Positions 61,625-64,000 of a stretch of 64,000 nt of DNA are shown piece after piece. Source of the DNA: Heterodontus francisci. Lineage: Eukaryota. Both the position numbers and the translations under genes were made by a program. Below the pieces are notes generated by a model. That model did not search any database. It was not told where the DNA came from and saw only the letters and a program-made list of their open reading frames with translations. The first letter of the stretch is position 1. The number at the start of each line of letters is the position of its first letter. The stretch covers positions 11,847,441 through 11,911,440 of the forward strand of contig NC_090407.1 in the NCBI RefSeq assembly GCF_036365525.1, read 5' to 3'.

Positions 61625-63889
61625 TTGCTTTGTCAGCAAACGCAGCCTTTAAAAAATGACAGGGACAAAGACTTGGGGGGGGGGGCGATGTAGTATAAGG
61701 ACCTGAAAGGGTTAATGCTTGAGACAGAGAGAGGAAACCCCTCCCACTGTCATGATGAGTTAATAGTCCATGGGTGTTAGGCTAGGAAGAAGAGAGGAGC
61801 AGCACAAGGTGCGCTGGCTAGACAGGCTTGTGGAGAGTGTAACTAGTTATATCTGTATATAATAAATGAGTTATTCTTTAGCCCTACAAAGAACCAGAGA
61901 CTTCTTTAAACATTTGATTTACATTACCACAATGCACAATGTGTTGCTGGATGATAGGGGTGTAGTGCATTCAGTAGTGAGACAGGTGCATGGTGTGGTA
62001 AGTTGGGATGTGGTGTGCAGATGCATTCACTCAGCTTGACCACCCAAGTAAGGTCACTAAACATTTTTTTGGCACTGCTGCCATGTCCTGGGAACCACAC
62101 TCTGGGCATTAACCACCCTTACCACATGCTCCCATTCCCTGGCTCAATCTTGATGGTTTTCTGCCCCCCTGGCAGAAACATGGCCTCCTTGCTGGCCTCC
62201 AAGTCTCTGACTAATGTGTGCAGGGTAGTAACACTAACGCAGGGAGTCCTTTCCTTCACCTTGTGCGCCATCCTCCTTCTCCCTCAGTGCCAAAATGTGA
62301 TTACCCAGCAGCTTGCTGTAGCATCAAATAAAGTATTGGATAAATGGGAAAGATTTCTGTGGCTTCGCGGGTAGCAGTCTCCACCCTCAGTCAGAAGGTC
62401 ATGGGTTCAAGAAAAATCGTGGCATTAGGAAGTTGGACAAGAAATGTGCACATATACATTTTTTTTAAGCGATGATCCCACAGTATCTGTTTCAGTTTGC
62501 CTCTGATGTCAGGGACCTCTTTTGCTTAGCTACTTTAGTGAACCTTCAATTGTGGGTTATAGTGGTTAGATTTTATTGTGTGTATGTTGGCTGCTACGTT
62601 ACAACAGTCACTACACCTCAACTACTTCATTGGCTGTAAAGTACCTTGGAAATTCCTGAGATTGTGAACGATGCTTATATAAATGCAAAATGTTTTCTAT
62701 CTTTTTCTGTCTTTTTTTCCCTGTCATTGCTACAAATGGATGCTAGTTTGCAAGGTGTCAAACAGATTTCAATGAAAAGACTCCTGCTATCTTCAGTATT
62801 TTATTTAATTGTACTGACATTTAGAAATTTCTGTCCTCCAACAGCTGGGTATCATGTGTGACATTTCTGATAAAGCTTAAATTTAAGGTCACCTTATCAC
62901 AGAGACAATTTTCCCTCAGCATCTTGATCCTTGTTTGACTGGGATCTATGAAAATGCTGCAACAGTAACTGGTGCAGAATGGTGTTTCAGGTAAAGACAG
63001 TACAGTCGGTGCCTGAATGTGCTTTCTCCAGCTGAAGGTTAAAAGAAAAGGCTGCAAATGTTGGAAATCAGAAATAAAAATAAGAAATATTGGAAATGCA
63101 CAGGAGGCCAGTCAGCATCTGAAAAGGAAAAAGGCAGGTTAACAGTTCTGGTCCAAATGGGTTCTGACAAAATATTAACCAGTTCAGACAAAGAAGGATA
63201 CATTTCTTAAATCTGTGCCCACTGCAACTGTCTATTGCAAAATCATAGGTACACTGACTGCCCATTGTAAACACCTCCCTCCCTATGTAAAAGTGAAAGC
63301 CTTCACTCACCATCTCCCCTGAAGATATGGCAGAAATCACCAAATTGGTCAGTGGGAATGTGTCGGCTTTCATTCTCTGCTTTGAGTGAAATTGTTTCAT
63401 ATTGTTTAAACAGTTGTGTAGTGAACATTTCTTTACTGTTTACAAAAATGTAGAGTTTTTTTAATAAGGAATTCTTGCTGAAGGTGTCGCCAGGCACTAT
63501 CCTTTGCCAACAACTTGGTTTACCCGGTGTCCTGGTCAACATTTATTTTTCACTGAGAAAATCGCTCGCCCCTCCCCCCTCCCCTACTCACCATTGCTCC
63601 CCTCTGCAATCTTCCTGTGACTATTGCACCTGTCGCACTCACCATTCCACCCGTGACCATCACTCCTCACTACAAGAGCCCCAATGGGGAAACCAGCCAT
63701 TGCGAGAGAAGATAAGCTGAATCGAGTATGTGTTAGGTGTTGCCAAGATTGAGTATGAAAAGCCTGTAGGAAGGGGGAATGGAAGAGTGAGGAAAATAAT
63801 ACAGAACAAGTGGGACACATCAAAGTTGACACTGTGAAGTTGGCCAAGAATGGAGATTTCAGCCTACTGTAATTAAAATGATTTTTTTT

Positions 63890-64000
63890 TTAGAGATACA
63901 GCACTGAAACAGGCCCTTTGGCCCACCAAGTCTGTGCTGACCAGCAACCACCCATTTATACTAATCCTACATTAATCCCATATTCCCTACCACATCCCCA
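63890..64000 (-). mobile_element. HE1-type SINE 3' end (runs off the window)
   Basis: Matches 40519-40630. Confidence 0.8.

Larger units (their letters stand above)
59689..61647. mobile_element. Unclassified non-coding insertion in the Gypsy 3' UTR
   Basis: Flanked by TTTAAAAAA on both sides; symmetric subterminal inverted repeat CTGACAA(T/A)GCA. Confidence 0.5.
56226..61941 (+). mobile_element. Gypsy LTR retrotransposon with short LTRs (56226-56482, 61689-61941); most of RT/RNase H deleted
   Basis: LTRs begin TGTAGTATAAGG; TSD TGTTG (56221-25, 61942-46); TGG-starting PBS at 56483; G-run PPT; CFNCKKTSHFGRC; FKSDTGASVTV; HQGHMG...WPG; SDNGPQF; SSPQYHQSNG. Confidence 0.9.

Overview
Eukaryotic, repeat-dominated vertebrate DNA, most likely a shark (elasmobranch): it carries HE1/V-SINEs, SacSINE1/DeuSINE-type SINEs and many CR1 LINEs. 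The only host gene I recognise is the first coding exon of an espin-family ankyrin-repeat gene (ESPNL-like, minus strand, 9138-8845). Its intron 1 begins with a ~1.25 kb G-rich minisatellite and contains a degenerate Gmr1-like Gypsy element. The rest is nested transposable elements: CR1, L2-like, RTE, Vingi-like and Penelope-like retroelements, a second Gypsy provirus, a solo LTR, and hAT and Harbinger MITEs with readable TIRs/TSDs. The most notable observations are (i) an apparently ORF1-less LINE family with a tRNA-derived Pol III head and a graded series of internally deleted, SINE-like derivatives, (ii) minimal hammerhead ribozyme motifs in Penelope-like fragments, (iii) an unclassified element carrying a consensus CTCF site, and (iv) a tentative chain of unassigned minus-strand exons at 47-64 kb. 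Family assignments come from recalled motifs, not database searches. Boundaries without TSD/TIR support are approximate.
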